From Balanoglossus misakiensis (Eukaryota > Animalia > Hemichordata): DNA of 64,000 bases. Where the stretch lies: the NCBI GenBank assembly GCA_040954595.2, contig CM082587.2, forward strand, positions 1,951,000-2,014,999, in the 5' to 3' direction. A model generated the notes under the pieces. That model had not been told where the DNA came from, searched no databases, and saw only the letters and a list, made by a program, of their open reading frames with translations. This document shows positions 25,985-40,927 of the stretch, in pieces. A program made the position numbers and the translations under genes. The stretch's first letter is position 1, and every line of letters starts with the position of its first letter.

Positions 25985-28900
25985 TCAGACCAAATGCCCA
26001 ACTTTCTTGCCATGTGTACTTTTTTTGTGTTTGCTGGCTGACAACGGCGGCATGTGGGTGTATCCTTTTCCGGAGCTGGCCGTGCCACATGCTTCGTACA
26101 ACGTCTCCACATTGCTGAAGTAGTGTATACTCTTTGACTTGGGAATGTGTTTACCATTGCACAAAACCTCTGGCGAGTGATTGCCATTGACGCTGCGTTT
26201 TGAATCCGTTTTGCCGTCAAATAAAAGTCCTGCACTGCTGATTTTGGTGCTTTGACGGCTCTCGACATGATTGTTGTGTGGTCGCAGTTCGGCAAAATGA
26301 GATAATGATGACGCGGAACCAACCCTGTCTCTGCTCTTCTGTCGAGATTTTTGTTTTCTGCTGCCGTGATGTTGTTGCTTCACAGATTCTTTCTCTCCAT
26401 TCTGTAATAAAGAAGAAAAATTCAACAATAAAATACTGAGACAGACACAGAGTCAATACATTTCTATCCATCAGTTGATATTCCTTTGGATTAGAATAAT
26501 TCTGTTATGCTATTATCACCATTCAAATTTGTGAATGAGAGAGAAAAATTGTCTCAAATTTGAAATTCAAAATGGCCGCCAATCTCTGTGTTGAACTCTA
26601 TCAATACCAATGTCCCCAGCAACAAAAGTAAAGGCAGCTGACTTCACAAATTACCATAGAAATTCGGAACATTTTTTGCGGCAGTATTTAGATGTACTTA
26701 CTTTGTGAAGGACATTACGTAGAGGTTTGGTGGGTTCTACAATCAATAAATTACTGTAATCACCTGAAAGATAAGAAACAGCTTGTTCAGTTGTTGATGA
26801 CACGTATGCCATTGTTGATGACACGTACACAATTGTTGATGACACGTACGCCAAGATTCATAAGATTTATCAATGCGGTACGGATTCGGATTTGAGTGAA
26901 TCAATAAAACAATACTGAAGTCCTCTAAGTCTGTGTGCCAATTAGAAACAGAACATTACCAGTGATCTGAACATCCTCGTCATCGCGATGTTTCCGTTTC
27001 ACTGTGTTCATTTCCAACTTTTTGTGACCGACAGTTCCATCCGACGAGTTCCGCCGCTTGATTTGACGTTTGGTCTTGGACGAAGTACTGACTGACACGT
27101 ACGGCTCGTCCGCTGCTGAGCTTGGACGAACCCTGTGCTGCCTGGCTGTGCAAAAGAGGAACAGGAAACTGAGAAACACCACTTCCACCAGCATCAAGAA
27201 GAAATGCCTTTCAACCATCTGCAAGAAAATTAAACAGAAAAATCGGTATCAGAGCAAAAGTCACAAACAAACGCTCAATGGAGAGACCACTAAAATAAAA
27301 GTACCTTGACATGCTTCAGCAAATCAGCTTGCCTGACTTCATGGCTTTGCATTTTTTTTTGCCAGACAGAATTAGCTTTCTTTCATTTTTACCTGCTTCT
27401 GCATCACGTGCATCTCCTTGGAAACGTCTCCAACAAGATGAGTCAAGCGATCCAACTGATTCTCCAGATTTCCAATAGCTACTTGCTGCTTCTGATCCTG
27501 TCAGAACCAAACACTTGAAGAATTAATGCATGGAAATAAAAGACTTTCATAATTTTGTACATGGTGCAGAAACATTTGTAGGATGAATGATGGCATTTTA
27601 GCATGGTTTGTTTCTTCTAAAAGCTCACCTTTTCTTCAGCCTCCTTTGATGTCTCAGATAATTTATTGATAGTTTTATCAAAATTTTTCTGCATGTCTTC
27701 CATCTGCTTGCGATATCTAGGGTGGAGAGAGGACATAAAGAGAATGCAATGACGCTATATGCTATACACACACTACTGATACATGTTTGACAACTTTCCC
27801 TCACAACCTTCCAACAGCCATACATTCTTACACAGCCAAAACAAGGCATTCATGCTAACATGTGCAATACTCACTTCTGACTCAGTTCTTGCAGATACTG
27901 TTGGCTCAGAGACATATTATATTCCAGATTCTTTATACGATTGTTCAGTCTCATGAAAATTGATTCTTTGTTGGCCGGAACACCTCCCACACTTCCCTTA
28001 GGCTGCTCCGTCTGTTGCCCTGCTTCCCCAACACTCTCTTTTTCTGCATAGATATCGGACGGTGACTTGGCCATGACATCTCCCAGGTCACCGTTCATGG
28101 CTTCCTTGACCCCATTTTCAGGTTCAGTCCCATCAACCACCTGTCTTTTTTCAGACTCTACCACTTGCGCAGGGGGAGGTTTGTCCCCTTTGGGAGCCTG
28201 CTCCTGTTTTGTGTCAGCTGATTTCTCTTCTGTGGCTTCCGTGGCTTCGGTAGATTTTGTAAATGTTTGTTCAGCTGGTTCTGTTTTTGACGGCGGTGTC
28301 TTCGTATCTGGCTGCACCACACGAAGATCTGGCGTTTCTGTATCCGTCTTGACTTGCTCCTTTTTATCTTCGCCTAAAACATCTTTCAAATCATCCCCTT
28401 TTCTCTGAACGCCAGTTTCACTGTCAGGTATCTTTACAGTCTTGTCAAGTTCACCTTTCAATTCTGTCTTCACCTTAGGTGCTGTCTCCTTCTCATCTTG
28501 ACTCTTCCCTTCATCTTGTTCATCAACACCTACACTTGATGTTTCGGCCTTTTGTTTCACATCAATGTCATCTTTGACACTATCTGTATCAGCAGATACC
28601 CCAGGTGGCTTCATCTCTCCATCCTTACCCTGCAACACACCTTCAGCACAACTTTTATCCTTACACTCATCTTCAACAACACTTTTCACATCCTCCTGCT
28701 TCTTTTTCTCTCCCTTTTTCTCCGCAACATTTTTCACCTTCTGTGGAGTTGGCGTTTTCACAATGAAGTCTTTACAAGTGACTGAATACATGCCTCTCAT
28801 GTATTTCACATAGTTACAAACTGGTAAATATTCACTATAATCACATTTTTGGCAGTAGGTGCACGGATCGCACAAATCATTTAAAATTTGCTGCAGTGTT

Positions 28901-31825
28901 TTTTGCTTCTGTGGGGGTTCACTCATCTCCTCATTATTTCCATGAATCACAGTGACTTCGGGAATACATCCTTCCTCATCAGGCAGGGTCTTGCTGGTAA
29001 TATTTCTACAGCAGCAAAGCAAACAAAAAAAGCCTGATATATCACAAAAGTGCTCCATTTATTGCTATCTATTAGTATGTGTTGGTCATGCGTGTGTACG
29101 CATCTCTGTAGCAAAGAATTCCACACAGAGTTAGATACAGTGCCAAGTGTACAGCGAAGGATTAAATGTTCATTATTATATTTATATGTTGATAATTTAG
29201 TGTAGATGTAGATAAATTTGCTTACGGATCTTCTTCTGGAAAACAAGGCCTCAGTTCCTGTAAATCCTTGTTCGTTATATTATCTATAAATAAAATAACA
29301 AAACACAGTTCAGTACAGTATATATCATACGGAAAATCAGGCTTCCAACTCTTTAACCCTTTCACCAGCATGGTTCAGTCCAAACCCATTGTTTTCTATG
29401 GTAAGGTTGGACCTCTAAAAAGGAACTGGGGGTGAAAGGGCTACAGTACTAGTGAACCACCACTCACCAGTACATGTTGTTGGTTTTTTAGATTCCTCAG
29501 ATCCTGTAAATACTTTAGCGGCGTGTTTCACAATGTTATTGACAGCATTAGCGATGGCACCTGCAATAATGTTCGTCTTCCTCAATCCTTCCCCTGGAAC
29601 CAAGTCATCCCCTGTCAGCAAATCTGGAAAGTGGTAATACAAGTAGTCAGTCAAACTTTTGAAATGTTTCAACCCCTCTGTAATTATATCAATTAGTAAT
29701 TCTGTCTAATCACACACAAACCAAAATTCTCACTTAACCCATTCACCACCATGGCTTGGTCCAAATCCACTGTTTCCTATGGTAGAGTTGGACCACCAGA
29801 GAGAAATGGAGTGAAAGGGTAAAATCGCAAAAGTTTTATTGCTGATTGTTGTTTATAACAAATCTTACCTCCTTCTAAATCAGCCTCATTGCTTCCATGT
29901 TGACTCTCAGAGTCCTCAATAATTTCCTCCTCCATACTGGTCCCAAAAACACTGTGATCGTAAAAATTGAAGACAAATACTCATTATTAAAGAGTTTGTA
30001 TCCATTCGCATTCCATGACTTTCCAGGAGTACAAGAGGTCCATGAAACTTTCTGCGGAAGAGCTAGCAACTGAGTAATGGTCAAAGGATACTGATACTTC
30101 TTACAGGACAAAGTGGAAATACTCACCGGAGGATACTTATTGGACAGTAGTGTTCTGACCCAAAGAAACTCAACATTTCAACTTTCAAGTATTTTGTAAA
30201 CATCTGTTGGTCCTGAATGGAGAAGCTTTGCAGTGTCCTGACATCTCTTGCATGGAATGTCCCCAACACATGCCATTCCCTTGTTGGGTATCTGGAAATC
30301 ATCAAACAATAGTGTTGTTCATAAATGTCTTTCCAGGGTTCTGCCCAGGTTGACTTGCGTTCTGGCTACTCACTTATACATGTACATGTATTCATCCTCA
30401 TCAATATTCATATCTGTTGCAAGTCATACCAATTCATCAAAGTATCAAAATGAGATGATCCACAAACCCACACAATCAAATGCAATTACATGAACACTAT
30501 AAATAGCAGAACATATGTTGAACAGTTATCTTACCTATCGCTTGTCTGTACTCTAAAACTCTCCGGTGTCGAAGAAAAAAGTTCAAAGTTTGCTATTTCT
30601 ATATGCTTGATTTGAATGGGTTCACATAATTCCACAGTAAGCCTGGTTGATTAAAGAAAAAGATTTAAAATGTAATGATAATACTGATCATCACAGAATA
30701 GACAAGTTGTATAACTTGGAGACAATCTAATTTGTGACACAATCAGAACATGTCTCTGATAACATAATCTGTCACTGATGTAGATATGAGCCTGTCTAAA
30801 TTCATCATGTGACTAGTTTAATGGTTGCAAACTCAGAAGTCCTGCACATTTTCTAGCACTCACTCACCAAATTTTTGCACTGCAGGGATTTAACATATAC
30901 ACATCTCTGTTCTGCATGAGTATAGCTGAGGTGCCCTGTGCTTCAGGATTAGAAGCTACAATCTTTGCTCCACAGTCTGCAGAGGCGTGGTTTTTGCTGT
31001 TCTGATTTAAACTAAATTGTCTTTGCTGAGCGGGCAAACCAGGCCCTCCAGGCCCTGATAGAAAAACAAAGAAAATCTAGACATTAGAATATGACAACAA
31101 AATTCCGGATTTTGGAAAAGATGAGTCTTACTATTTTGTTTGAATAATGTAATCAAACGTTTAGAATGTTTAGTTTAGAACAATTCTAGAGGTGCACACT
31201 ATGATAAGCAAAACTGGGTGAGGAGTTAATTTGTTACAAAAATGGCTGACGGGTGGTTTGAAAAGTAAGACCAAGAGACAGATACAGACAAGAATGTGAA
31301 AGTGCAACAACACTGTGTGTGATACATTACTCACCCATGCCTCTATCCTGGTTACTAGTGGCAACCAACACTGTCAGAAATGATGACAATACAACACAAT
31401 GTACTAAATGATGACACCAAATGATGGGACATGATTCAAAATAAAATCTTACATGTATCATGCATGACATAATCAAAATCAAATCTTAGCATGCACACAC
31501 ATAATACAGTAAAACAATATAAATTGTGTACATCATCATGCGTGGTCAGAAACATTCTACATGTATAAAATAGTACATATACGCAAATGTGAAAACACCA
31601 CTTGCTTTTTTCTTGTCCCTACTTTGAAATGAAGCAATGTTCCTCCCATGGCCCAGACAGATGAAAGTTTGGTGACTACTACCCGTAATTTTAGGAAAAC
31701 AATAGAATCTCTTTGCATAACAATTATATTGTTATGCTAAACCCCATCATAATTTACTGAGAAAAACACTACAAAGGTGTCAGTTTTATCATGTAACAGC
31801 TCTGGATGAACAGACAGACAGAGAC

Positions 31826-31866
<41 letters not shown>

Positions 31867-34800
31867 GACACAGACAGACAGACAGACAGAGACAGATGGA
31901 CTACAGCCACAACTTCATAAATCTTCCAGCCTTCTTTTTAAAATTTGTCAGTCCTCTTTTCACACTTCCTTCAACACTAACCCTGTTTCCGGCCTTGCTC
32001 CTGTTCAGCCATTTTCTTCTTTTTCCATTCATCAAACGACGGAATATTCTCCTCCTCCTCCTCTTCATCTCTGACCTTTGCTTCCACTTCCTCTTTTTCT
32101 AACTTCTCTTTCTCTTCTTTCTCTTTTGCCACTTCATCCTCGTCAACAGTCTTTTCATTAACTTTCTTTCTGTTGAAAAACAATCAGGTACATTCTTCAT
32201 ATATTTATCCTGTCCAATGTAGATGCATCTCAGCAGTTACGACACTGACTTCCATCCCGTGTAAAAGCGACATCAACAGCGCCACCACAGGTCAACCTGT
32301 GACATGTTCAACAGTGGGAGCACATCTGGTTAGCATTACGGTTTGGGCCGAATCCATTGGACCTCTAAAAACGGAAACAGGGGTGAAAGGGTTAAATACA
32401 CAAGACTGACCCCTCCACACCCTCCTCCACTTCAACTTCTGAGTGCATTCTCTCCTCTTCTGCAGTTTGGTCTTCCGGGAAACAGGGTCTGGCAGAAGAC
32501 AAATGAGAGAACAATAAATGCCTGAACGATCACACTAATTCAAGCAGTTTCCACTTTGCATGGTGCCATTTGATGACACACACCTATTTTGGTTAACAGA
32601 CTCACACAAACCTGTCAATAAGTGGCTCCTCTTTCAATTCTTCATCAGCAGTAGAGCCACTAGTTGCTTTGCTTATTTCATCTTCAGTTTCCTGCTTAGG
32701 TTGTCCAAGATCATCTTGGGTCTGCTGATCACCACCTCCTTCAGATTGTTGACCAGCATCATCTTTGGGCTGGTCACCGATATCTTCCAACTTCTGCAAG
32801 CATGAAACAAACAATTTACTTTTAATACCATTTCTGTAAACAATGCAAACGTCTCACTCAACCACAGACAGAAAAAGCATTTCTAAATACATGTAGATGT
32901 TGAGTAATTGAAAAAGAGGGTTCTCGGAGAGTTTTCTAGTCTAAGCAGGGTCTTCCAACAGGAAATTTATAGTACAAGTACATGAGTATTTAGGACCATA
33001 TTTCACTGTCACATTCCTCTATGTGAGTGGAACACTCAAACGCTCCAAATAATTACGCTGTAAGCCTATCAAGTTTTGACCTACATGTCTGTGTATACAA
33101 ATGTGAATGAGTATACATGCAGTCTGCCTGTGTCGTGGCATTCTGTCCATGTGGCAATTCTGACGTGGCATATCAACATCAAAGTTGAGATGTTAAGACC
33201 TCTGTAAAGTTATAACCTCACACCATGGTTTCCGCATATTAAAAATAGCCCTTGGAAATATCTTATTTCCGATGACTCTTTTCGACACAGAGTCATAACA
33301 TAACACCAGTAGTGCAGTGGGGTTTGTATGAGAGAGTTTATACCGGCCCTGTGTAGTGTAGATTTAAAATTCTGGTTTAAAACAACCGATGCAGTCATAT
33401 GCAAAGACCAGTTTGGTCTGGGAATCAAGAGGTGAGCTTAGGTCTAGCCTAAATTTATTTTTACAAAGACCTGTCCTGTCACGCACATATTCCAAATACA
33501 TGTCAATCCTATTAGGCCCTTGCTGAGTGATACTGGCATTATCAGATATGATCTCCTGCCTGTTTCATGACATTTGATCTGAAAAACTTCTCTGATAAGA
33601 TTATGGTGACGATCAAGCACGTAGTGGACACTCCTGTTTCTATCCACGAAAACAACAGTCTGAACATTGCCTGGATATGACATTATCAGAATGATCTAAA
33701 AACAAATTCAAAAGCTACATGTGAACTGTACTACTATATTTTGTACCCACATTTTATCATTAAAACATAAATTCAAAGACATGTATAAATAAAGCGACCC
33801 AGTATAGAAATAAAATAATATAAAACCTAGTCAGAACTTTAAATGGATTTATTTCGTGTCAATTGAGAGAGACACCAGCTGTAGCCACTGTGTTTCTAGG
33901 GCTTACATGTACTAGTATATTATGCCAAGGTAAGCAAATTTTCTGTTTGCATCCACTCAAAACATTGAAAGGCAAGCAGTTTAAAATAACACACAGATGG
34001 GTTTAATAATGCAAACGTATGACTGTGGAAGTCACTCATTATAAATTACTAAAAATGAATAAATATCAAAAATTAGAGACCTTTTCCTTATTAAAATTCT
34101 GACATCATGCCAACAGACAACGTATTATGTAATAGCATTAAAAGCCACAAAATTCTCACTGTCGGATATCGGATGAATACTGTACGTTGGATCATTCAAC
34201 GAACAGAGCGAACTGCAGTGCAATATATTTTAAATACTTGGCCAAATTCAAATATGCTAAAACTCATTTAAAAAATAACAGCAAAGAATAGCAATTCTAA
34301 AATCTTAGCTTACATTTTGAATTATTGTTAAAAAACGTACCTGAATTGGTTCAGTATCCTCAAGCAAGACAACACTCTTAAATTCAGCGGCCAGCGCCTC
34401 TACTGTCACCTTCCCGGGCATTCGTCTGACCTGTTCCCCCTGAGTGTCCACATGCCCTTGGATATGCTGGTTGAGATCCGAACCGGCGCCGGAATCCTTG
34501 GAGAGGAACAAAAACCACACAATGACAATACACAGCGGTGTGTAAGAAATGCCTGTACAACAGGCTTCCCACATTGTTAATTCCATACTCTTGAATAGTG
34601 TGGACTTTCGATCATTTTTGTGCACCGTTGTACCCATACATGTATATTTCAGTAGAACTGTGGAGCTATGTTCGATGCAACCTGAGCATGGCAATATATT
34701 CTTCCAGAGTGCTCGTGCCTCGCATATAACGCTGGCGCTAAATGTTTAATTACATACAAGCCTCCTTTCAAATCCAGATCAGACCAGTTTAGAAACCAGG

Positions 34801-37800
34801 CTGTCAGTCTTGTGCCACGCAATCTCAAAAGTTACTCTTTAACATACTGTGTTATTAAAATCTAGACTACAAGTTAAATTTACAGGTTACTGGGTTTCAC
34901 TGACGTCAAAGGGGCACACTGAAAATAACACCTACAATTTTAGTATTCAAAACTGGACTGTCATGATACGTGTTACAAGTACACTGCGTTCCCTGGTCCC
35001 TAGACAGTATTTACACACCTCCGTAATCGTGTCAGTAAACACCGCACGCACATGGCAGCACATGTGCCGCGCAGATCAAATTATACATAAAGACGTACGT
35101 ATTACAGTATTGCTTAATAACATGACTGATACAGAGTTCATCCAGCCAAAGCTATACAGTTTAGAGTGAAAATTATCCTTCATAAAATCGTAACTTGAGA
35201 AGATGTGAATATCAGTGACATTATTAAATATACTGTATTTTCTGGCAGTTGCTTTTATTTATGTTTAGAAGTTTCAGCTATATACAGTATTGCTATAGAC
35301 GGGTCAAGTTTCTTGGGGTCTTTTTTGTAAAGACTAATACATTCCTTCCCTTGCAATACCTTCCTCTGTCAGCCACACTCAAGTAAATGGAGGAGAGAAT
35401 ACATGAGTTGATCAATCATTCAGCGTTACGACTTACATACAGAAATCTTGGCATTAACATCATGCACATGCAAATGATCTATTGTACATTGTACATGTGT
35501 CTTGCGATCATCAGCTGATCAAATCCCTTTCCTAAAAGCTATTGTTTCGTGGTTAACAGTTATGCAATGCTCTGTGCAAACACATGTAAAGATACATTTT
35601 TACATGACTATGGGCTCAGTTATCTCGCTTATACCTCCATGGTTACAACATGGTTACAGAACATCTAGAGTTCCACAGCAAATAAATGATTAACTGGTGA
35701 CACTGCTATGACCTACATGTGCTGAAAATCACATTTGTTACAGGTAACTTATAAACCTACCGGTATGTGTTGAACACCCCTTGTGATGACCTACTTAAAG
35801 GTGTTATTGGGTCATAAAAGTTACAGGTATGCACATTTATCAAAAGTTTGTTTAATGCATCATTAAATAGATGACTTTGACCTTGAACTTCAGGGCAGGT
35901 ACAATTAATCACCCAGTCAGTGTCCTTCTGGTACCTGTCATAAAACTTAAAAGGAACCAGCCATGTGCGGGTGCTCCGAAGGTCGCAGAGAGCCGGCATC
36001 TTTCAGTCCCTTTCTTAATTGCCTTTACCGAAAAATGAACCGAGTCAGAATATCACCTTTTTTTCTGTGTAAATCGGTCATCATCACTAGTGAGAGTGTA
36101 CGAACACTTTGATCTGTCTACATTTTAATAGTGTAGAGATTGCCCATTTGCACACAAAGCAACACCATTGTGTGAAGCTAAAACTCGAAACCACTACACA
36201 ACTGTTGACCTGTCTATATCAGGTGACACAAGCGTACTTACTTGCTCTATGGCAGCTTTGTGTTCAGCTGGCACAGGGTCTGGTATTTCAACTTTGACCT
36301 CTTGGTTCTCTTTGTCTTGGATCTGATTGGCCACGACGGGATCCTTAGGTGACATGTCACACAGCCACTGGGGCACTAAACTGTAAACAAAGAACAAAGG
36401 CATGGCTGAGACGGGGAAACACAAGTGGACAATGAAGTCATTGTGCCGAGTTGAAGATGGCGTTACTTTACTCGGCATAGGTGTGCATGAACACTGAACT
36501 GGAAAGAACAGTTAGTTACACATGTACACGCAACTGTCTTTTGGTATGTACAGGTAAATCGGTGTTGCTGTTCAAGACATTTATACATACAACAATTCCA
36601 TCAACTTAGTCTCACTACTGGTCAGATCCTAAGCTGGGAAGTAGGGAGGTGTGAATCCTCGATACCAGCAGCTAAACAGGAGAATTATACAAGACAACTT
36701 TGGTCGTCAAACAGAGAAAGTCTTTGAAGCTTGACCAGTGTGCAGACTGCAGTCATGTGGCATTTTAAGAAAATTGTTGGTCTGTTCAGTAAGGATGATG
36801 AGGACCACCATGATGGGGAGAACCCAGAAGATGTTCCGCAAGAGCCATTGAATATATGGACAACCGAAGTCAATTATGACGTGGCTAACTACATACTTGA
36901 AGAAACCCCACAGGGGAAGTATAAAACCCCAGCAGAGACAATAAGCATTTCTCAAAGCCATGCAGAAATTACAGCTGATGACATCCCAGCGAAGACGAAA
37001 AGCGCTTCAGACGACCATGCAGTAATTATGGCTGATTACCAAATGGAAACTGAAAGCCCCCAAGAATCTCCCCAGCCACAGCTTAAAAGAGTCAATTCAT
37101 ACTCGTACATTCGCAAAATATCAGCCGAACATATTCCCAGAGATAACACCATTGTGGTACGTGTGGACATGCAAGTGCCTGTGGAAGAACAGACAAAACA
37201 ACACGCTTCCAGGAAACCGTACGGATCAACCGCAGATTTCCCCGACACAACGGGAAGCGTCATCAAGAGGCGAAAACTGGGAACAGTGCATCATGGTCCG
37301 TTGCCGATCCTCACGGATGGGGAAAACGACGAGACGAAAGACAAAGCAAAAGCATCTAGACGGGCTCTCCTCAGCAATCCTGGTGTACGACGCTCTCTGG
37401 AAATATTCGGCCATAAGCCCGCCCTCACTGAAGAGAACCCCAACGAAAATACCCAAGTGAATGACAGCCACATACAAATCCCCTTGCAAGCTATCCAGAG
37501 ACGTGACAGCACCACGGATGAAGAGTTATTTTATTCAAGTCTCCGTGTTGAAAAAACAGAATACACGCACCCTCTACCGCTGGAAAAGTGTCCACAACAG
37601 AAAAAGCGCGAAACGCGACGTGTGATCAAATTCACGGCAGATATGGTGATGAGAATGGAAATACAGGCATTATTAGCAACAACTCTTGCCGTGTGTTTGT
37701 GGTTACCCCCAGCGGTCACATCCGTAACATTTAAACTACACATGTGTGCATGTATTCTACTCATGACGTGCTCATCCATCATGATTTCTCTATTTTGTGT

Positions 37801-40800
37801 CTACTAGTCTCAGAAGTGCATCAGCTGTATTTTTTTAAATTTTGTTTCATTACAATATGTAATTGAAGAGCAGGCTTAGATTCAATTAACAATATAACTG
37901 CATATGAATCATGATTATACCTGTAGGTACACGTACGTTGGCATGCTGAACACTGCAGGGTATTTCAACATGATTTGGAAAGGCATCGTACAAGTAAAAG
38001 ATAACATATTGTACACATTTCAGTATTAAAGGGGCACTAGCTGCCACTTTTTGATAGTATTTTTCAGATACAATAATTATTTGATCAAATGTGATAAACA
38101 CCAATATTTCAACTGTAATGTACAATGAATAAACTTACTAAATATTATTGTGTATGAAATATATGGTCATAGAGTTATATTTATAACACCAGCACTTACA
38201 ATTAAAACAAGAGGATGTGCATGGTAGTTGAAATTTCTGTAAAAACATAAGAATCCATATTTCATTTTGCACATTTTAATACAAATTAAAGTATATTCAT
38301 ATGCTAATTTAATTAGAAAATCTATTGTTTGGTGTCACTGTCTGACAAATTGCGTGGTGATATTTTAGTCTCTGCGACCAGCATTTGTTTCATTGCATTT
38401 TGGTAAAAAGCACTCTTGGATACTATAAATAATATGTTCATGCAGACTGCTCCAGCCGTCTGTTTCGCAAAATGCACTCATGAGCATAGCGACAGCATTT
38501 TTCTACACGTGAGAAAGCAATATGGACATACATGTAAATCTATGGGCAAATATGTTTCATTAAAATGATTTATATGATTATTGAATTGAGCTGAGGGTGT
38601 GTGTGTGACTGTTTGTGTATTCTTTCCTCAGCTTCAATTGAGATGGAGATGGCAGATGTCAATCGAAAATATTTACTATACAAATATGCCATTGAAGCTT
38701 TGTACAAATATGATCAGAACTAGAACTGCTAGCTTCTCGAGGTTTCCTTGTCTGGTTACATAATATAATCCAGGCACCCACTGTCCAGCATACAACATCA
38801 AAACTGACAACTTGAGGCCTGTAGTCCTCAAAAATTAGACAATTGCTTTGCTCCAGACTCTATGGTTTGATTATGAGAATGAAAAATCGGCATATTCTTT
38901 TGATTTATCAATTATTAATCATTAATAACGAGACCTTGAACAATGCAAATGTGTTATGAATATAATATACTGGTAATTACATAAATACATCAGTGGTGCC
39001 AGACATCATTACATCATCATTTCTCCAAGAGAGTGAACCATGAGTGAACCCAGCAAATGAACTTTAACCCCACTGTAATAGTGAACAATACTGATATTAG
39101 AAACAAGAGTGCATTTGCAATTAGTAGTATCAGTAAGAAAAGTTGTGGGGCAAATATTAACATTAGGATGAATAAATATTAGTTAACTTGAAAGTTTTGC
39201 CCCCCCCCCCAATAATTTGCATTTTATCTGTTAGAATATACTAGTACATGTGGCATTCACCTACAGGTATCCAGGTTACTAGAATTGCTTTCATTCTTTG
39301 CATAGGCAACTATTACATATTGCATTTTAGTTTAATTCAACAAAACTTATCCTACCATCTGTTCCATTCAAATGGAATTACTATAATAATTTCTGTGTGC
39401 TATGAACTGTGCTGCAGCTTAGGTGATATACGAATGCATAGAAGTATGAAATATTGCATTTATGAAATTGGTTTTTGACAGATGGACACTTGTCATGGCA
39501 GCCATTCACACTTTGAAGGAACAACAATTTTGACAAAACCAATTTTTTTTTTCTGAACTGACAAAAAACATGATCCTGCCATTACAATTCTATACAAAGT
39601 TTGAAACAAGTTTTGGATAGACAGTCCACCCTTTCCTGAAGGTTATATTTTATTCATCATTTCCGATTACATAATACTGTAATCCAAGGCCTGCAAAAAC
39701 AAGTAAACAGGAGGCCCCTCTGCAAAACTGTCTCCCATTGATTGCATACAATTGAATTTGTAAGTCACAGAGAGCCACTTATAAAAATGTTGTTGTTTTT
39801 AGATATTTTACTGAAAGAAATCATACAATGTCTTCTGCATGGTTTCATGTACATGTAGTTTGTACTGCACTAGTGGCTTTTTCACAATTTGCGAATATAT
39901 GTGTACGTTCATGTAACTCCAATGCATTTGCAACCAAAAATATGAATAGCAACGCACTAGCATCACAATATTTAAAATGATAGTATCCACTCCTAAACAC
40001 TCTGGTAAAGCAGTAAATAAAAAAAAAGTAATTCCCACAATTTGCAAGTCACTGTCTATTAATATCAGTTAATCATTGCTAATATCTTTTCACGAAGATG
40101 CAGGTATATTTGGCGTTGCAGAGTTGTGTGATGTTGCCAGTTGCACTAAAAGTGACTGGCTGGCTAGAATTGCGATCAGTGACACAGTAGTGAGTGTTAG
40201 AAATATCCTTGTATAGACTGTATAGTACCCAGGTACAGTACCACACACGTGTGCAATAGACACCATCACACGTGTGTGGCAATGTGCCTGTGGCACATGG
40301 AACGGATCAGTGATGTACATGTACATTATGTATAGCACCGTCTGACACGACTGTCTGCAACGGCTGCGGTATGTCAGGTTAATATAATATTTACAGTCCA
40401 GGTCCACAGTGAAAGCACGGCGAGTTGCTGCTCTCTAGCTACGCTGCACCGCCCCCCCCCCCCGCCCCCCGTACATGTAAACATGGACACCTATGATGAT
40501 GCAGATGGGTTTGTTTACAGTTTGTTTTGAGAGTGACTTGCACGAAACTCGAAAGACTTCCGCATGTCTCCGACGGTTTGAATGATACAGCGACAATGGC
40601 TCGTAAAAACACACAGTATAAGTAATGGCGAAATAAATGTTTGCCGTTTTGTGAGCCACTACCTCCATCATCATTCATGCTCATGATTTTATGGAAGAGC
40701 AAAGGAGCGGCGTGTATCGTACTCGGAGGAAAGCGTCGTCATACTTACCAAGAAATAAGTAGTACCAGAACAAAAATGCGCACTTTCCCAAATTGCAGGA

Positions 40801-40810
40801 AGTTGTCCAT
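25985..40810 (-). CDS. SUCO: SUN domain-containing ossification factor (SUCO/SLP1 family, mid-SUN ER membrane protein)
   Basis: 18 phase-consistent exons: 40749-40810 + 36242-36380 (signal peptide [26 protein letters not shown]), 34341-34496, 32606-32793, 32411-32488, 31982-32169 ([10 protein letters not shown]), 30868-31054 ([18 protein letters not shown]...YMLNPC), 30535-30642, 30127-30291 ([14 protein letters not shown]), 29869-29951, 29468-29623, 29226-29283, 27875-29005 ([29 protein letters not shown]), 27629-27716, 27393-27497, 26960-27218 (TM), 26702-26763, 25985-26401. Confidence 0.92.
26790..26852. repeat. 3 x 21-bp tandem repeat in a SUCO intron
   Basis: ttgttgatgacacgtatgcca / ttgttgatgacacgtacacaa / ttgttgatgacacgtacgcca. 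Confidence 0.8.
29353..29443. mobile_element. ~90-bp piggyBac-like (TTAA/CCC-terminated) mini-MITE; related copies or fragments at ~29735-29822, ~32340-32394, ~46710-46765 and ~14985-15075
   Basis: Shared ends ttaaccctttcacc...ggtgaaaggg(ttaa) and shared core catggtttggtccaaacccattgttttctatgg...ttggacc in several introns. Confidence 0.7.
31810..31895. repeat. (ACAG)n microsatellite
   Basis: Run of acagacag units. Confidence 0.9.
36755..37807 (+). CDS. Uncharacterised intronless ~350-aa protein with a hydrophilic body and two C-terminal hydrophobic segments, nested antisense in SUCO intron 1
   Basis: 1053-nt open frame from ATG 36755, unusual for AT-rich intronic DNA; C-terminus [19 protein letters not shown]...[21 protein letters not shown]. 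No family recognised. Confidence 0.6.
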   Translation: MWHFKKIVGLFSKDDEDHHDGENPEDVPQEPLNIWTTEVNYDVANYILEETPQGKYKTPAETISISQSHAEITADDIPAKTKSASDDHAVIMADYQMETESPQESPQPQLKRVNSYSYIRKISAEHIPRDNTIVVRVDMQVPVEEQTKQHASRKPYGSTADFPDTTGSVIKRRKLGTVHHGPLPILTDGENDETKDKAKASRRALLSNPGVRRSLEIFGHKPALTEENPNENTQVNDSHIQIPLQAIQRRDSTTDEELFYSSLRVEKTEYTHPLPLEKCPQQKKRETRRVIKFTADMVMRMEIQALLATTLAVCLWLPPAVTSVTFKLHMCACILLMTCSSIMISLFCVY

Positions 40811-40927
40811 TACATACTATGTGACCATCATGCATACTTCATAACACAATTAATTTTTAGGCTTAGTGACTTCTTAATCGTTGGGTTTGTCGTTCCTGAC
40901 GAGTTTTAGGCTGACGTGTATGTGGTT

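Noticed and set aside
26790-26852. Direct repeats resembling a CRISPR array
   Set aside because: Head-to-tail minisatellite without unique spacers in a eukaryotic intron; no cas genes.
34305-34694. Apparent SUCO start exon with a hydrophobic stretch
   Set aside because: The hydrophobic stretch coincides with the polypyrimidine tract of the acceptor at 34496; a better signal peptide comes from exons 40749-40810 and 36242-36380. An alternative start is not excluded.
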